A stretch of DNA of 64,000 nucleotides, from the NCBI GenBank assembly GCA_031274555.1, contig JAISPZ010000066.1, positions 18,020 through 82,019 on the forward strand. The letters run 5' to 3'. The translations under genes and the position numbers were made by a program. The DNA is from Bacteroidales bacterium (lineage in GTDB: Bacteria > Bacteroidota > Bacteroidia > Bacteroidales > P3). Below the pieces are notes generated by a model. It was not told the origin of the DNA, made no database searches, and saw only the letters and a list, made by a program, of their open reading frames with translations. Numbering within the stretch: the first letter of the stretch is position 1; each line of letters begins with the position of its first letter. Of the stretch, positions 17,316-25,609 are shown in pieces.

Positions 17316-17459
17316 TTCTACATTCTCCATTCTGTTCTGCATTTTAGCGAATTGACAATTAACAATTGACAATTGACAATTATTTTCTACATTCTGTTCT
17401 GCGTTTTAGCGAATTGACAATTGACAATTGACAATTGACAATTATTTTCTACATTCCGA
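17316..17459. repeat. Composite repeat: 2 x about 65-nt unit containing (GACAATT)n and TTCTACA motifs
   Basis: The unit ttctacattctgttctgcRttttagcgaattgacaatt(gacaatt)n att occurs twice. It directly abuts the rho stop codon (17460-17462). It is preceded by the hairpin gagaatgtagaatt...aattctacattctc (about 17290-17328). Confidence 0.8.
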
Positions 17460-19253
17460 CTACCCCATTGATACCAAAAACTCTTCGTTCGACATCGTTG
17501 CTTCCATGCGTGAACGCAAAAACTCCATCGCTTCTACGGAGTTCATATCCGAAAGGTGGTTGCGTAAAATCCACGTACGGTTTTGAACCTCTTTGCCTAA
17601 CAGTAAATCGTCTCTTCGCGTGGACGAAGAAACAATATCTATGGCGGGGAAAATTCTCTTGTTTGAAATCTTTCTGTCGAGTTGAATTTCCATATTTCCT
17701 GTTCCCTTAAACTCCTCGAAAATAACTTCGTCCATACGTGAGTTAGTTTCTGTGAGAGCAGTGGCAACAATAGTAAGAGAGCCTCCGTTTTCAATATTAC
17801 GCGCAGCACCGAAAAAACGCTTCGGCTTTTGAAGTGCGTTCGCTTCAACACCACCCGAAAGTACTTTGCCAGACGCAGGACTTACGGTATTGTAGGCGCG
17901 TGCAAGACGTGTGATAGAGTCCAATACAATCATTACGTCATGACCACATTCTACAAGACGTTTTGCTTTTTCTAAAACGATATTTGCAATCTTAACGTGT
18001 CTGTCTGCAGGCTCGTCAAAGGTAGAAGCAACGACTTCTGCCTTTACACTGCGCTGCATATCGGTAACTTCTTCGGGACGTTCGTCAATCAAAAGTACGA
18101 TGATATAAACTTCCGGGTGATTTTTTGCAACGGCATTGGCAAGTTCTTTCAATAGAACCGTTTTACCGGTTTTAGGCGGAGCAACGATAAGACCACGTTG
18201 CCCTTTACCAATAGGCGAAAAGAGGTCCATAATGCGCATCGAAAGGGTATTATACCCATCGCCCACAAGAGAAAATTTTTCGTCAGGGAAAAGTGGCGTG
18301 AGATAATCAAACGCTACACGGTCCCGGATTTCTTCGGGTGTACGACCATTTATGGATGTCACTTTTCCAATAGGAAAATATTTTTCTCCATCTTTCGGGG
18401 GACGTACCGTGCACTCTACCGTGTCGCCTGTCTTAAGACCCATTGAGCGTATCAATTGAGGCGAAACATATACATCGTCAGGCGAACTTAAATAGTTGTA
18501 GTCCGAAGATCGAAGAAAGCCAAATCCGTCTGGCATTGTTTCGAGCACACCTTCGTAACGTACAAAGTCTTCAAAATCATATTTTGACTCATCAACTGTA
18601 ATTCTTTTCGCATGGATAGGAGCTTGCGCGGGCATTGCACCCATAGCCAAAGGAGTGGTTTCCATATCGTTGTTTTCCAACATTATGTCGTCACCCATAG
18701 TGATGTCAGGCTGCTCAACGTCAAAAAGATTATACTCTCTTTTCGGTTTCAATTTTTTGATGTCATTTTTTTGAATGCTTGGCAGTACTCGCTTCGCCTG
18801 CGCGTCTTGCAGTGTCGGCGAAGGTGTCAGTGTATGTGTTGGCATAGATGCTGGTGCATGTGTCGGTGTATGTGTCGGCATAGATGTCGGATGCTGTACT
18901 TCATGTTCTGCCGTTTGTGGCTTCGGTACTACAAAATGCTGACGCGGATGTGGCTTCGGAGCAGGTCTATGCTGCGGTGGTGCTGCCGTCTGTACGGCTG
19001 CCAAAGGTGCTGTTTCCAAAGGTGCGACCACCTCTGCTTTTTTAGGTCTGCCTCTTTTTTTAGATATTGCTGCTTCGGGATCATTCGGCATATCGGATGT
19101 AACTCCTGAAGCATAGTCGGCTGCCTGCTTTTCCAAAATGGCGTAAATTAATTTTTCACGTTCCATTTTTTCTGCTTTTTTGATATTGAATTTTTGTGCA
19201 ATACCATTAATTGCCACGCTGTCCATGGCTTCTAATTCTTGTTTGTTTAGCAT
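17460..19253 (-). CDS. rho: Transcription termination factor Rho with long N-terminal insertion
   Basis: 597 aa. Conserved core (Walker [34 protein letters not shown]) plus a roughly 180-aa Pro/Thr/His/Ala-rich insertion ([22 protein letters not shown]), as is typical of Bacteroidota Rho. Confidence 0.97.
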   Translation of the reverse strand: MLNKQELEAMDSVAINGIAQKFNIKKAEKMEREKLIYAILEKQAADYASGVTSDMPNDPEAAISKKRGRPKKAEVVAPLETAPLAAVQTAAPPQHRPAPKPHPRQHFVVPKPQTAEHEVQHPTSMPTHTPTHAPASMPTHTLTPSPTLQDAQAKRVLPSIQKNDIKKLKPKREYNLFDVEQPDITMGDDIMLENNDMETTPLAMGAMPAQAPIHAKRITVDESKYDFEDFVRYEGVLETMPDGFGFLRSSDYNYLSSPDDVYVSPQLIRSMGLKTGDTVECTVRPPKDGEKYFPIGKVTSINGRTPEEIRDRVAFDYLTPLFPDEKFSLVGDGYNTLSMRIMDLFSPIGKGQRGLIVAPPKTGKTVLLKELANAVAKNHPEVYIIVLLIDERPEEVTDMQRSVKAEVVASTFDEPADRHVKIANIVLEKAKRLVECGHDVMIVLDSITRLARAYNTVSPASGKVLSGGVEANALQKPKRFFGAARNIENGGSLTIVATALTETNSRMDEVIFEEFKGTGNMEIQLDRKISNKRIFPAIDIVSSSTRRDDLLLGKEVQNRTWILRNHLSDMNSVEAMEFLRSRMEATMSNEEFLVSMG

Positions 19254-19304
19254 ATATTATTAATTGAATAAAAATTTATAAATCATTAGTTGCGGATGTC
19301 CGCT

Positions 19305-19810
19305 GGGGGGTTCGCTGCGGGGCAAGCCCCCGCTGTTGGGCTATTGCAGACATTGGCTGCTGTGGGGTTCGCTGCGGGGCAAGCCCCCGCTGTTGGGTCT
19401 ATTGCAGACGAGTGTCTGCTGTTGGTTCGCTGCGGGGCAAGCCCCCGCTGTTGGGTCTATTGCAGACGAGTGTCTGCTGTGGGGTTCGCTGTTGGTTCGC
19501 TGCGGTGGGCAAGCCCCCGCTGTTGGGTCTATTGCAGACGAGTGTCTGCTGTGGGGTTCGCTGTTGGTTCGCTGCGGGGCAAGCCCCCGCTGTTGGGTCT
19601 ATTGCAGACGAGCGTCTGCTGTGGGTTCGCTGTTGGTTCGTTGCGGGGCAAGCCCCCGCTGTTGGGTCTATTGCAGACATTGGTTGCGAGCATCTGCTGT
19701 TGGTTCACTGCGGGGCAAGTCCCCGCTGTTGGGTCTATTGCAGACGAGTGTCTGCTGTGGGTTCGCCATCAAACAAGCCCCCACTGTTGGGTTCTTACTG
19801 CCTGTCGTAC
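19305..19810. repeat. GC-rich tandem array, 7-8 units of 58-72 nt
   Basis: Unit ggttcgctgcggggcaagcccccgctgttgggtctattgcagacgagtgtctgctgt. The marker attgcagac recurs at 19343, 19401, 19459, 19531, 19601, 19669 and 19736. Each unit carries two hairpins (gcgggg..ccccgc and gcagac..gtctgc). Confidence 0.9.
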
Positions 19811-19814
19811 GGTT

Positions 19815-19990
19815 GCGTTAGGGATTATTGCTTCGCAATGAAGTCGCTCTCGTTCGGCATAGTCCGCGCAAGCGCGTCCTCTGTCCTCGCTTACTCGCGA
19901 CTTTGAACGGAAATCCTTTTTGCCGAGCTTGCGAGGCAAAAAGATTGGAGTGAAAGCCCGACCCCTGCGCTCCCATGCAGGGGGAACGCC
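19815..19990 (+). repeat. GC-rich structured dispersed element, copy with nested 83-nt insertion
   Basis: Bounded by GCGTT...AACGC. Shares gcgttagggatt, ggaaatccttttt...caaaaagattggagtgaaagcccgacccc and ggggaacgcc with copies at 49285-49398 and 21188-21348 (reverse complement). Contains the 83-nt module 19823-19905, which differs at 2 positions from 4448-4530. Confidence 0.7.
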
Positions 19991-20046
19991 ATAATTAATT
20001 GAGAATTGAGAATTAAGCCCCACCCCTAAATTCTACGCCCCAATTC

Positions 20047-20113
20047 CACATTCTACATTCTACATTCTACATTCTACACTCTACATTCTACACTCTACAC
20101 TCTACATTCTCTA
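20047..20113. repeat. (TTCTACA)n heptamer tract abutting the korB stop codon
   Basis: About 9 TTCTACA/CTCTACA units. The last unit supplies the minus-strand TAG stop of korB (20111-20113). Confidence 0.85.
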
Positions 20114-21136
20114 CACCATCCACGTATCCCCGCTATTGAGCAAGTCATCAACGCATTTTATCTGCGATTTGGCACGTGCTTCGGTCATCTGGCTTTCGAG
20201 TAAACTATTGTATGTCACGTTCGGAACTTGACGAATAATCCCTATCGCAACGGGAAAATCGGGTAATTTCAAGGTCGCCAACAAGTGGTGTATGCGAACA
20301 TCAGGCGTATGCACGTTGTGCACAAGGATATCATCTATCGTAACTCCATCAACACCAATCTCAACCACTTGTGGCCTGTTATCGACAATGCGGATACCTT
20401 TGTTACGGTTAGCTCCGAAAAGCATCGGCTTATCGTGTTCGAGGATAAGCTGTGCGTCATCTCTCGTTTCCTTACTCGTTATTGCCGCATGCGCTTTATC
20501 GTTGAATATCACGCAATTTGTAAGCACTTCGACAACGGAACATCCGTCATGTTTAACTGCCTGATAAAGCACGTCAGCCATAAATTTTGGGTTCGTATCA
20601 ACGACACGCGCAAAAAAAGTTCCCTGTGCACCGAGCACAAGTTCACCCGGGTTGAAAGGTGGCTCAATAGTTCCCATTGGGGATGTCTTTGTCACCGCGC
20701 CCATCGGGGATGTCGGGGAATACTGACCTTTGGTTAAACCATATATCTGATTATTAAATACTAACATATTTATATCCATATTGCGCCTAACAACATGGAT
20801 AAAATGATTTCCGCCGATAGCCATAGCATCGCCGTCGCCGGTATTAACCCATACGCTAAGCGCAGGATTTGCAATTTTCATACCCGTAGCAATCGGATTG
20901 GCACGCCCATGAATACTGTGAAAACCAAAAGTATTCACATAGTACGGAAAACGCGATGAGCAACCTATACCGCTGACCATCACGTAACTTTCTTTCTTAT
21001 ATCCCAAGCGCGGAAGCACATTACTCACAGCTGAAAGCACCGAGTAATCACCGCATCCGGGACACCATTTTACCATCTGATCGCTTATAAAATCCTGCCT
21101 CGTCAGAGGCTCTTGCGATCTTTCTACATATACCAT
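20111..21136 (-). CDS. korB: 2-oxoacid:ferredoxin oxidoreductase beta subunit (KorB-type)
   Basis: TPP-binding beta-subunit motifs WCPGCGDYSVL and GDGD. The ATG at 21136 is preferred because the GTG extension to 21208 runs into a dispersed repeat copy. Confidence 0.9.
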   Translation of the reverse strand: MVYVERSQEPLTRQDFISDQMVKWCPGCGDYSVLSAVSNVLPRLGYKKESYVMVSGIGCSSRFPYYVNTFGFHSIHGRANPIATGMKIANPALSVWVNTGDGDAMAIGGNHFIHVVRRNMDINMLVFNNQIYGLTKGQYSPTSPMGAVTKTSPMGTIEPPFNPGELVLGAQGTFFARVVDTNPKFMADVLYQAVKHDGCSVVEVLTNCVIFNDKAHAAITSKETRDDAQLILEHDKPMLFGANRNKGIRIVDNRPQVVEIGVDGVTIDDILVHNVHTPDVRIHHLLATLKLPDFPVAIGIIRQVPNVTYNSLLESQMTEARAKSQIKCVDDLLNSGDTWMV

Positions 21137-21187
21137 AATACCATAATTTACAGTGTTATTGCGGACGTTGTTTGCAGTAACATTTTG

Positions 21188-21348
21188 GGCGTTCCCCGCT
21201 CGTTGCACTCGCGGGTCGGGCTTTCGCTTTTACTCCTCGCTCGCAACAAAAGCACTGAAACAGTCCGAATTAGTGAGTAATGTCTGCACTTCGACCTAAA
21301 AAAAACATTAGTCCGCTCGCTGTGGGGTAACCGCTCAATCCCTAACGC
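21188..21348 (-). repeat. GC-rich structured dispersed element (reverse orientation)
   Basis: The reverse complement reads gcgttagggattgagcgg...ggagtaaaagcgaaagcccgaccc...ggggaacgcc. Lies between korA and korB. Confidence 0.6.
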
Positions 21349-21553
21349 GCCCCAAATTCCTGTACTAACTCCCTCTCGGTGAACGGCTGACCATGTGTAC
21401 AGTCACAGCCCACCATCCAACGCGCCCCAACACCTTATTTTAGTAGCAGTGGTGCGTACCACCACTTGTTTATTTCATTTTCACTATGTAACAGGACGTA
21501 GAACTACGAGTGCGTAAGCAAAATTCTACATTCTAAATTCTACATTCTAAATT

Positions 21554-23659
21554 CTAACGCTCCCCAAATTCCTGTACTAACTCCCTCTCGGTGAACGGCT
21601 GACCATGCGTACGGTTATAACCCTCCATCTGAATATGTTGAAACTTTGTACGCAGATAGTTAATAAACTGTCCATCGTTAAGTTCACAAACTAAAACTTT
21701 TTTATGTCCTTTGAGCACCTCTTCGGCGTTGTTGGGAAGAGGCATAATATAATTGAAGTGTACGTGAGCTATACTCTTGCCCTGTTGCTGTGCACACTCT
21801 GCTGCCGTACGCACTGTGCCCTCTGTCCCACCCCAACTTACTACAAGCAAATCGGCATTTTTGTCACCCATTACCTCTAAAAGAGGAATATTTTCAGCAA
21901 CTTTTTCCACCTTTTTGCGCCTCAGCGAAGTCATTAATTCGTGATTTGCAGGGTCAGTCGAAACATTTCCCTTTATATTTTCCTTTTCCAACCCACCTAT
22001 GCGATGTCGCACCCCTTCCGTTCCGGGGATTGCCCATCCGCGAACAAAATTCTCATTTCTTTCGTATGGCTTGTAATCGCTATTGGCAGGCACTATCGGT
22101 GGAGTAATCTTTGGCAAATCACTCACTTTCGGAATTCTAAAAAGTTGTGAGCCGTTGCCGATAGAGCCGTCTGTAAGCAGTATGACAGGTGTCATGTATT
22201 CAAGTGCAATCTTAGCTGCCTCGTACGCAAAGTAAAAACAGTTCGCGGGCGAGGATGCTGCTATAACAACTAAAGGTGCTTCGCCGTTACGTCCGTAGAG
22301 TGCCTGATTTAAGTCGCTCTGTTCGCTCTTTGTAGGCATACCTGTTGATGGACCGCTACGTTGAACATCGACAACAACGAGAGGAAGTTCTGCCATCACA
22401 GCAAGACCGAGTGCTTCGGACTTTAGCGAAAGACCGGGTCCAGATGTTGATGTACATGCAAGCGCACCTACGTATGAAGCACCGATTGCAGAACATATAC
22501 CCGCTATCTCGTCTTCTGCCTGAAACGCTTTTGCTCCAAGCGATTTATGTTTAGTGATTTCTATCAATATGTCAGTCGCAGGAGTGATAGGATACGAGCC
22601 GAGAAAAAGTTCTAATCCCGCTCTTTCCGCAGCAGCGAGTAAACCCCACGCTGTGGCTACATTACCTGTAATATTACGGTATTTACCCTTTTCCATTTTC
22701 GCTTTCGGAACACTTATCCTGCTCTCTACTATTTCAGCAGTTTCGGCATAGTCATATCCTGCACGAAAAATCTTTCTGTTGATTTCTATAAGGGCGGGTT
22801 TCTTTTTAAATTTTTCGCCGATAAGGTGCTCTACAACTTCGGTCGGACGATCGAAGATATAGTAAATCATACCAAGGGCGAACATATTACGCGTTTTCTC
22901 AATCGTTTTTTTATCTAATGTGGCGGAAGCAGGGGCTTCTGTAGTGGCGACTGTGGCGGTAGAAGTTTCGGCAGTAGTGGCTGTAATGTCAAAATCTTTT
23001 GTCGCGGCAGTTGTAGCAGTTGCAGCAGTCGCGGCAGTCGCGGCAGTTGCGGCAGTTGTAGCAGTTGTAGCAGTCGCGGCAGTTGTAGCAGTTGTAGCAG
23101 TTGTAGCAGTTGCAGCAGTTGTAGCAGTCGCAGCAGTCGCAGCAGTCGCGGCAGTTGTAGCAGTCGCGGTGGCAGGTTCTGTCGTGACTGCCACTGTTGA
23201 AAGTGCCACTTCTACAAGTGTTGAAATCGGCGCAGCAGCAACGTTATAGCCCAACAAACTTTCATCACTCAAAGGATTTGATGTATATCCTGCCTTTTTC
23301 AATCCTTCATCAGTAAAGGCACTTGAATCTATAATTATAGTTGCGCCCCTTTTTGTCGTCTTTAGATTTGCTTTAAGAGACGCAGGGTTCATTGCAACAA
23401 GGACATCGTATTCGTCGCCCGAAGTACTGATATTTTTCTTGCCAAGATGAATTTGAAACCCTGAAACGCCAGCTATGGTGTTTCGTGGTGCACGAATTTC
23501 GGCGGGATAATCGGGAAACGTTGCAATATCATTCCCTTCGAGAGCAACAGAATCAGAGAAGATTGTACCTGCAAGCTGCATCCCGTCGCCAGAGTCACCG
23601 GCAAATTTAACAACTACATCGTCCTTCTCTATCGAAGGGCAGATTTGTTTTGATAACAT
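21554..23659 (-). CDS. korA: 2-oxoacid:ferredoxin oxidoreductase alpha subunit (KorA-type) with about 96-aa Thr/Ala-rich insertion
   Basis: 701 aa. N-terminal gamma-like domain (KFAGDSGDGMQLAG) fused to an alpha domain (GSYPITPATD, CTSTSGPGLSLK). The low-complexity (T/A)n block is encoded by nt 22916-23203. Confidence 0.9.
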   Translation of the reverse strand: MLSKQICPSIEKDDVVVKFAGDSGDGMQLAGTIFSDSVALEGNDIATFPDYPAEIRAPRNTIAGVSGFQIHLGKKNISTSGDEYDVLVAMNPASLKANLKTTKRGATIIIDSSAFTDEGLKKAGYTSNPLSDESLLGYNVAAAPISTLVEVALSTVAVTTEPATATATTAATAATAATATTAATATTATTATTAATATTATTAATAATAATAATATTAATKDFDITATTAETSTATVATTEAPASATLDKKTIEKTRNMFALGMIYYIFDRPTEVVEHLIGEKFKKKPALIEINRKIFRAGYDYAETAEIVESRISVPKAKMEKGKYRNITGNVATAWGLLAAAERAGLELFLGSYPITPATDILIEITKHKSLGAKAFQAEDEIAGICSAIGASYVGALACTSTSGPGLSLKSEALGLAVMAELPLVVVDVQRSGPSTGMPTKSEQSDLNQALYGRNGEAPLVVIAASSPANCFYFAYEAAKIALEYMTPVILLTDGSIGNGSQLFRIPKVSDLPKITPPIVPANSDYKPYERNENFVRGWAIPGTEGVRHRIGGLEKENIKGNVSTDPANHELMTSLRRKKVEKVAENIPLLEVMGDKNADLLVVSWGGTEGTVRTAAECAQQQGKSIAHVHFNYIMPLPNNAEEVLKGHKKVLVCELNDGQFINYLRTKFQHIQMEGYNRTHGQPFTERELVQEFGER

Positions 23660-23800
23660 ATACTGAGTGAAAATGTGTGATAAAGATATGGAAAAATCAA
23701 AGAAGACAGGAAAAAACGTTTTAATTTTTTGCAGTACAAAGAGGTCGGTTTTACGTCCCGACCTCTTTTTGTTCGTTGCTCGGGATTTACCGCGACCCCC

Positions 23801-23968
23801 TTATGCTGCACTTATTGCACCTGTTGGACATACGGTCACGCAAGTGCCACAATCGGTGCATTTGTCCGGGTCAATAACATAGATATCGCCTTCCGAAATT
23901 GCTCCAACAGGACATTCATCAATGCAAGTTCCACAAGCAATGCAGTCTTCTGAGATTTTATGAGCCAT
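23801..23968 (-). CDS. 2x[4Fe-4S] ferredoxin, 55 aa (not in supplied ORF track)
   Basis: Hand translation: MAHKISEDCIACGTCIDECPVGAISEGDIYVIDPDKCTDCGTCVTVCPTGAISAA. Two CxxCxxCxxxCP motifs. Lies 141 nt upstream of korA on the same strand. Confidence 0.85.
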   Translation of the reverse strand: MAHKISEDCIACGTCIDECPVGAISEGDIYVIDPDKCTDCGTCVTVCPTGAISAA

Positions 23969-24051
23969 AATAATAGTATTATTTTAGTTTGTATTGCTGC
24001 AAAGTTACAATTTTTTTGGATATTTGCATATAAATTTTCAAAATCCAAATT

Positions 24052-24525
24052 ATGATTAATGACAAATACTTTATGCGCGAGGCACTTCAACAGGCAATTA
24101 TTGCCTTTGAAAAAGATGAAGTTCCTGTTGGGGCTGTTATTGTGTGGAATAGCGGCGAGGCTTGTAGCGACAGCGGGGCTTACGGTGGCGGTCAGATTAT
24201 TGCCCGAGCCTACAACATGACAGAGCAACTGAAAGATGCCACTGCTCACGCTGAAATGCTTGCATTCACAGCTTCAACAAACGCTATTGGGGGCAAATAT
24301 TTAGACGAATGTACAATTTACGTTACTCTTGAGCCTTGCATAATGTGCGCAGGTGCTTCATTTTGGACACAAATCGGACGTATTGTTTACGGTGCTTCCG
24401 ACCCAAAACGTGGGTTTTTACAGGCTTCATCAAACATTCTTCACCCAAAAACAACCATCACAGGTGGTGTACTCGCTGACGAATGTTCCGCACTGCTCAA
24501 ACAATTTTTTGAGAAAAAACGCTAA
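24052..24525 (+). CDS. tadA: tRNA adenosine(34) deaminase TadA
   Basis: 157 aa. CDA-fold zinc motifs HAEMLA and PCIMCAGA. Size and N-terminus (YFMREALQQA) are typical of TadA. Confidence 0.9.
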   Translation: MINDKYFMREALQQAIIAFEKDEVPVGAVIVWNSGEACSDSGAYGGGQIIARAYNMTEQLKDATAHAEMLAFTASTNAIGGKYLDECTIYVTLEPCIMCAGASFWTQIGRIVYGASDPKRGFLQASSNILHPKTTITGGVLADECSALLKQFFEKKR

Positions 24526-24769
24526 TTCCGCCAAATTTGTTCATTAATTAGAAATAATCAACTCTTTTATTGACAAATCAACAGCGTTAATTTTGTTTTT
24601 CTCTGTACTTAATCGTAACTTTACCTCTCATGGCAAACATTTCGACCACCGAACGGTTGCCAGGATACAGTAAAAATAAGTATGAAACGAGCATGACAGA
24701 TGTCGCCATCCAAAGACAACTATTTATGTGCGAGTTCCATACGACCTATTAAAAACAATTTATAAACGT

Positions 24770-25255
24770 ATGAAAAAGACAATTGAAATCCCATACGAAG
24801 AACTTTCTTCAGAAAAAGAACTTTCTATCGAAGAGCAGAACTTGTTGGCGATGGCGGAAGAAGCAACTAAAAATTCCTATTCGCCATATTCAAAATTCCA
24901 TGTAGGAGCAGCACTTCTTCTGGAAAACGGTGAAATCATCACAGGTAACAATCAAGAGAATGCGGCGTATCCCACAGGGCTTTGTGCCGAAAGAGTTGCA
25001 TTTTTTTATTCAGGTGCAAAATACCCTAACGTTCCGATAAAGACAGTTGCTATCACTGCATATTCCGAAGAAATACCCGTAAGTTCACCTGTTCCACCAT
25101 GTGGCGATTGCCGTCAAGCGATGATAGAATACGAGGAGCGTTACGGAAAAAAAATCCGCGTTATAATGCGCGGTGCAACAGGCAAAGTCATCATCTTCGA
25201 CAAAATCGCCGACCTGTTGCCATTTCACTTCGACAACTCCGACTTAGGGATGTAG
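24770..25255 (+). CDS. cdd: Cytidine deaminase
   Basis: Motifs CAERVAFF and PCGDCRQ. The ATG at 24770 is preferred because the GTG extension from 24728 overlaps a dispersed repeat copy. Confidence 0.9.
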   Translation: MKKTIEIPYEELSSEKELSIEEQNLLAMAEEATKNSYSPYSKFHVGAALLLENGEIITGNNQENAAYPTGLCAERVAFFYSGAKYPNVPIKTVAITAYSEEIPVSSPVPPCGDCRQAMIEYEERYGKKIRVIMRGATGKVIIFDKIADLLPFHFDNSDLGM

Positions 25256-25341
25256 ATATAAAAAATCCTTTCATTTAAAGAATTTTACTGCATTTCCCAT
25301 AATTTTTTTCATTCGCTTGTGTGTAATTCGAGAATTTCATG

Positions 25342-25349
25342 TATCTTTG
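25342..25349 (+). promoter_or_regulatory. -7 promoter box TATCTTTG upstream of tRNA-Ser
   Basis: Exact TAnnTTTG match ending 4 nt before the first tRNA base. Confidence 0.55.
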
Positions 25350-25353
25350 CAGC

Positions 25354-25441
25354 GGAAAGTTGGCAGAGTGGTCGATTGCGGCGGTCTTGAAAACCGTTGA
25401 TGTGAAAGCATCCGGGGGTTCGAATCCCTCACTTTCCGCCA
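25354..25441 (+). tRNA. tRNA-Ser (anticodon UGA), class II, CCA encoded
   Basis: Hand fold: acceptor GGAAAGT/ACTTTCC, anticodon stem GCGGT/ACCGT with loop CTTGAAA, 16-nt variable arm, T-arm GGGGG-TTCGAAT-CCCTC, discriminator G plus CCA. Total 88 nt. Confidence 0.93.
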
Positions 25442-25609
25442 AAACCTCGAAACCTCCTGTAAAATCAAGCGTCACAGAAGATTTGCTAAAAAAAACGGCA
25501 AAGCAACGGCACAGCAGAAATATTTGCTGTGAGCCAATAGAAGCAAGGGTTTCAGAAAATTTCAGCCGGCAAAATAACCGGCAAAATAAATTGCGTTTCT
25601 CGGAAATCT

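Noticed and set aside
19290-20023. Several 84-183-aa ORFs on both strands upstream of rho
   Set aside because: All are translations of the 58-72-nt tandem units in different frames, giving repetitive Cys/Gly/Ala/Val-rich peptides. They are mutually overlapping.
20047-20113. Relationship between the TTCTAC heptamers and the Cas12a repeat stem (TCTAC/GTAGA)
   Set aside because: The shared word is only 5-6 nt, in AT-rich DNA. No other part of the repeat is present, so this is considered coincidence.
21137-21208. Non-ATG N-terminal extensions proposed by the ORF track (korB GTG 21208, cdd GTG 24728, lysS TTG 27136, permease TTG 30450, folB 33217, SNF2 TTG 54295, PPIase TTG 56378, tail-fibre 11624, dprA TTG 6960)
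   Set aside because: In each case the extension overlaps a -7 promoter box or a dispersed repeat. An internal ATG gives a canonical N-terminus (a signal peptide or a conserved start).
22920-23249. 109-aa Ala/Val-rich ORF on the plus strand
   Set aside because: It is the antisense reading of the Thr/Ala repeat insertion within korA.
23836-24249. 137-aa ORF (-) and the plus-strand ORFs 23667..23882 and 23729..23953
   Set aside because: They overlap the well-supported ferredoxin and tadA genes and the promoter region, and have no motifs.
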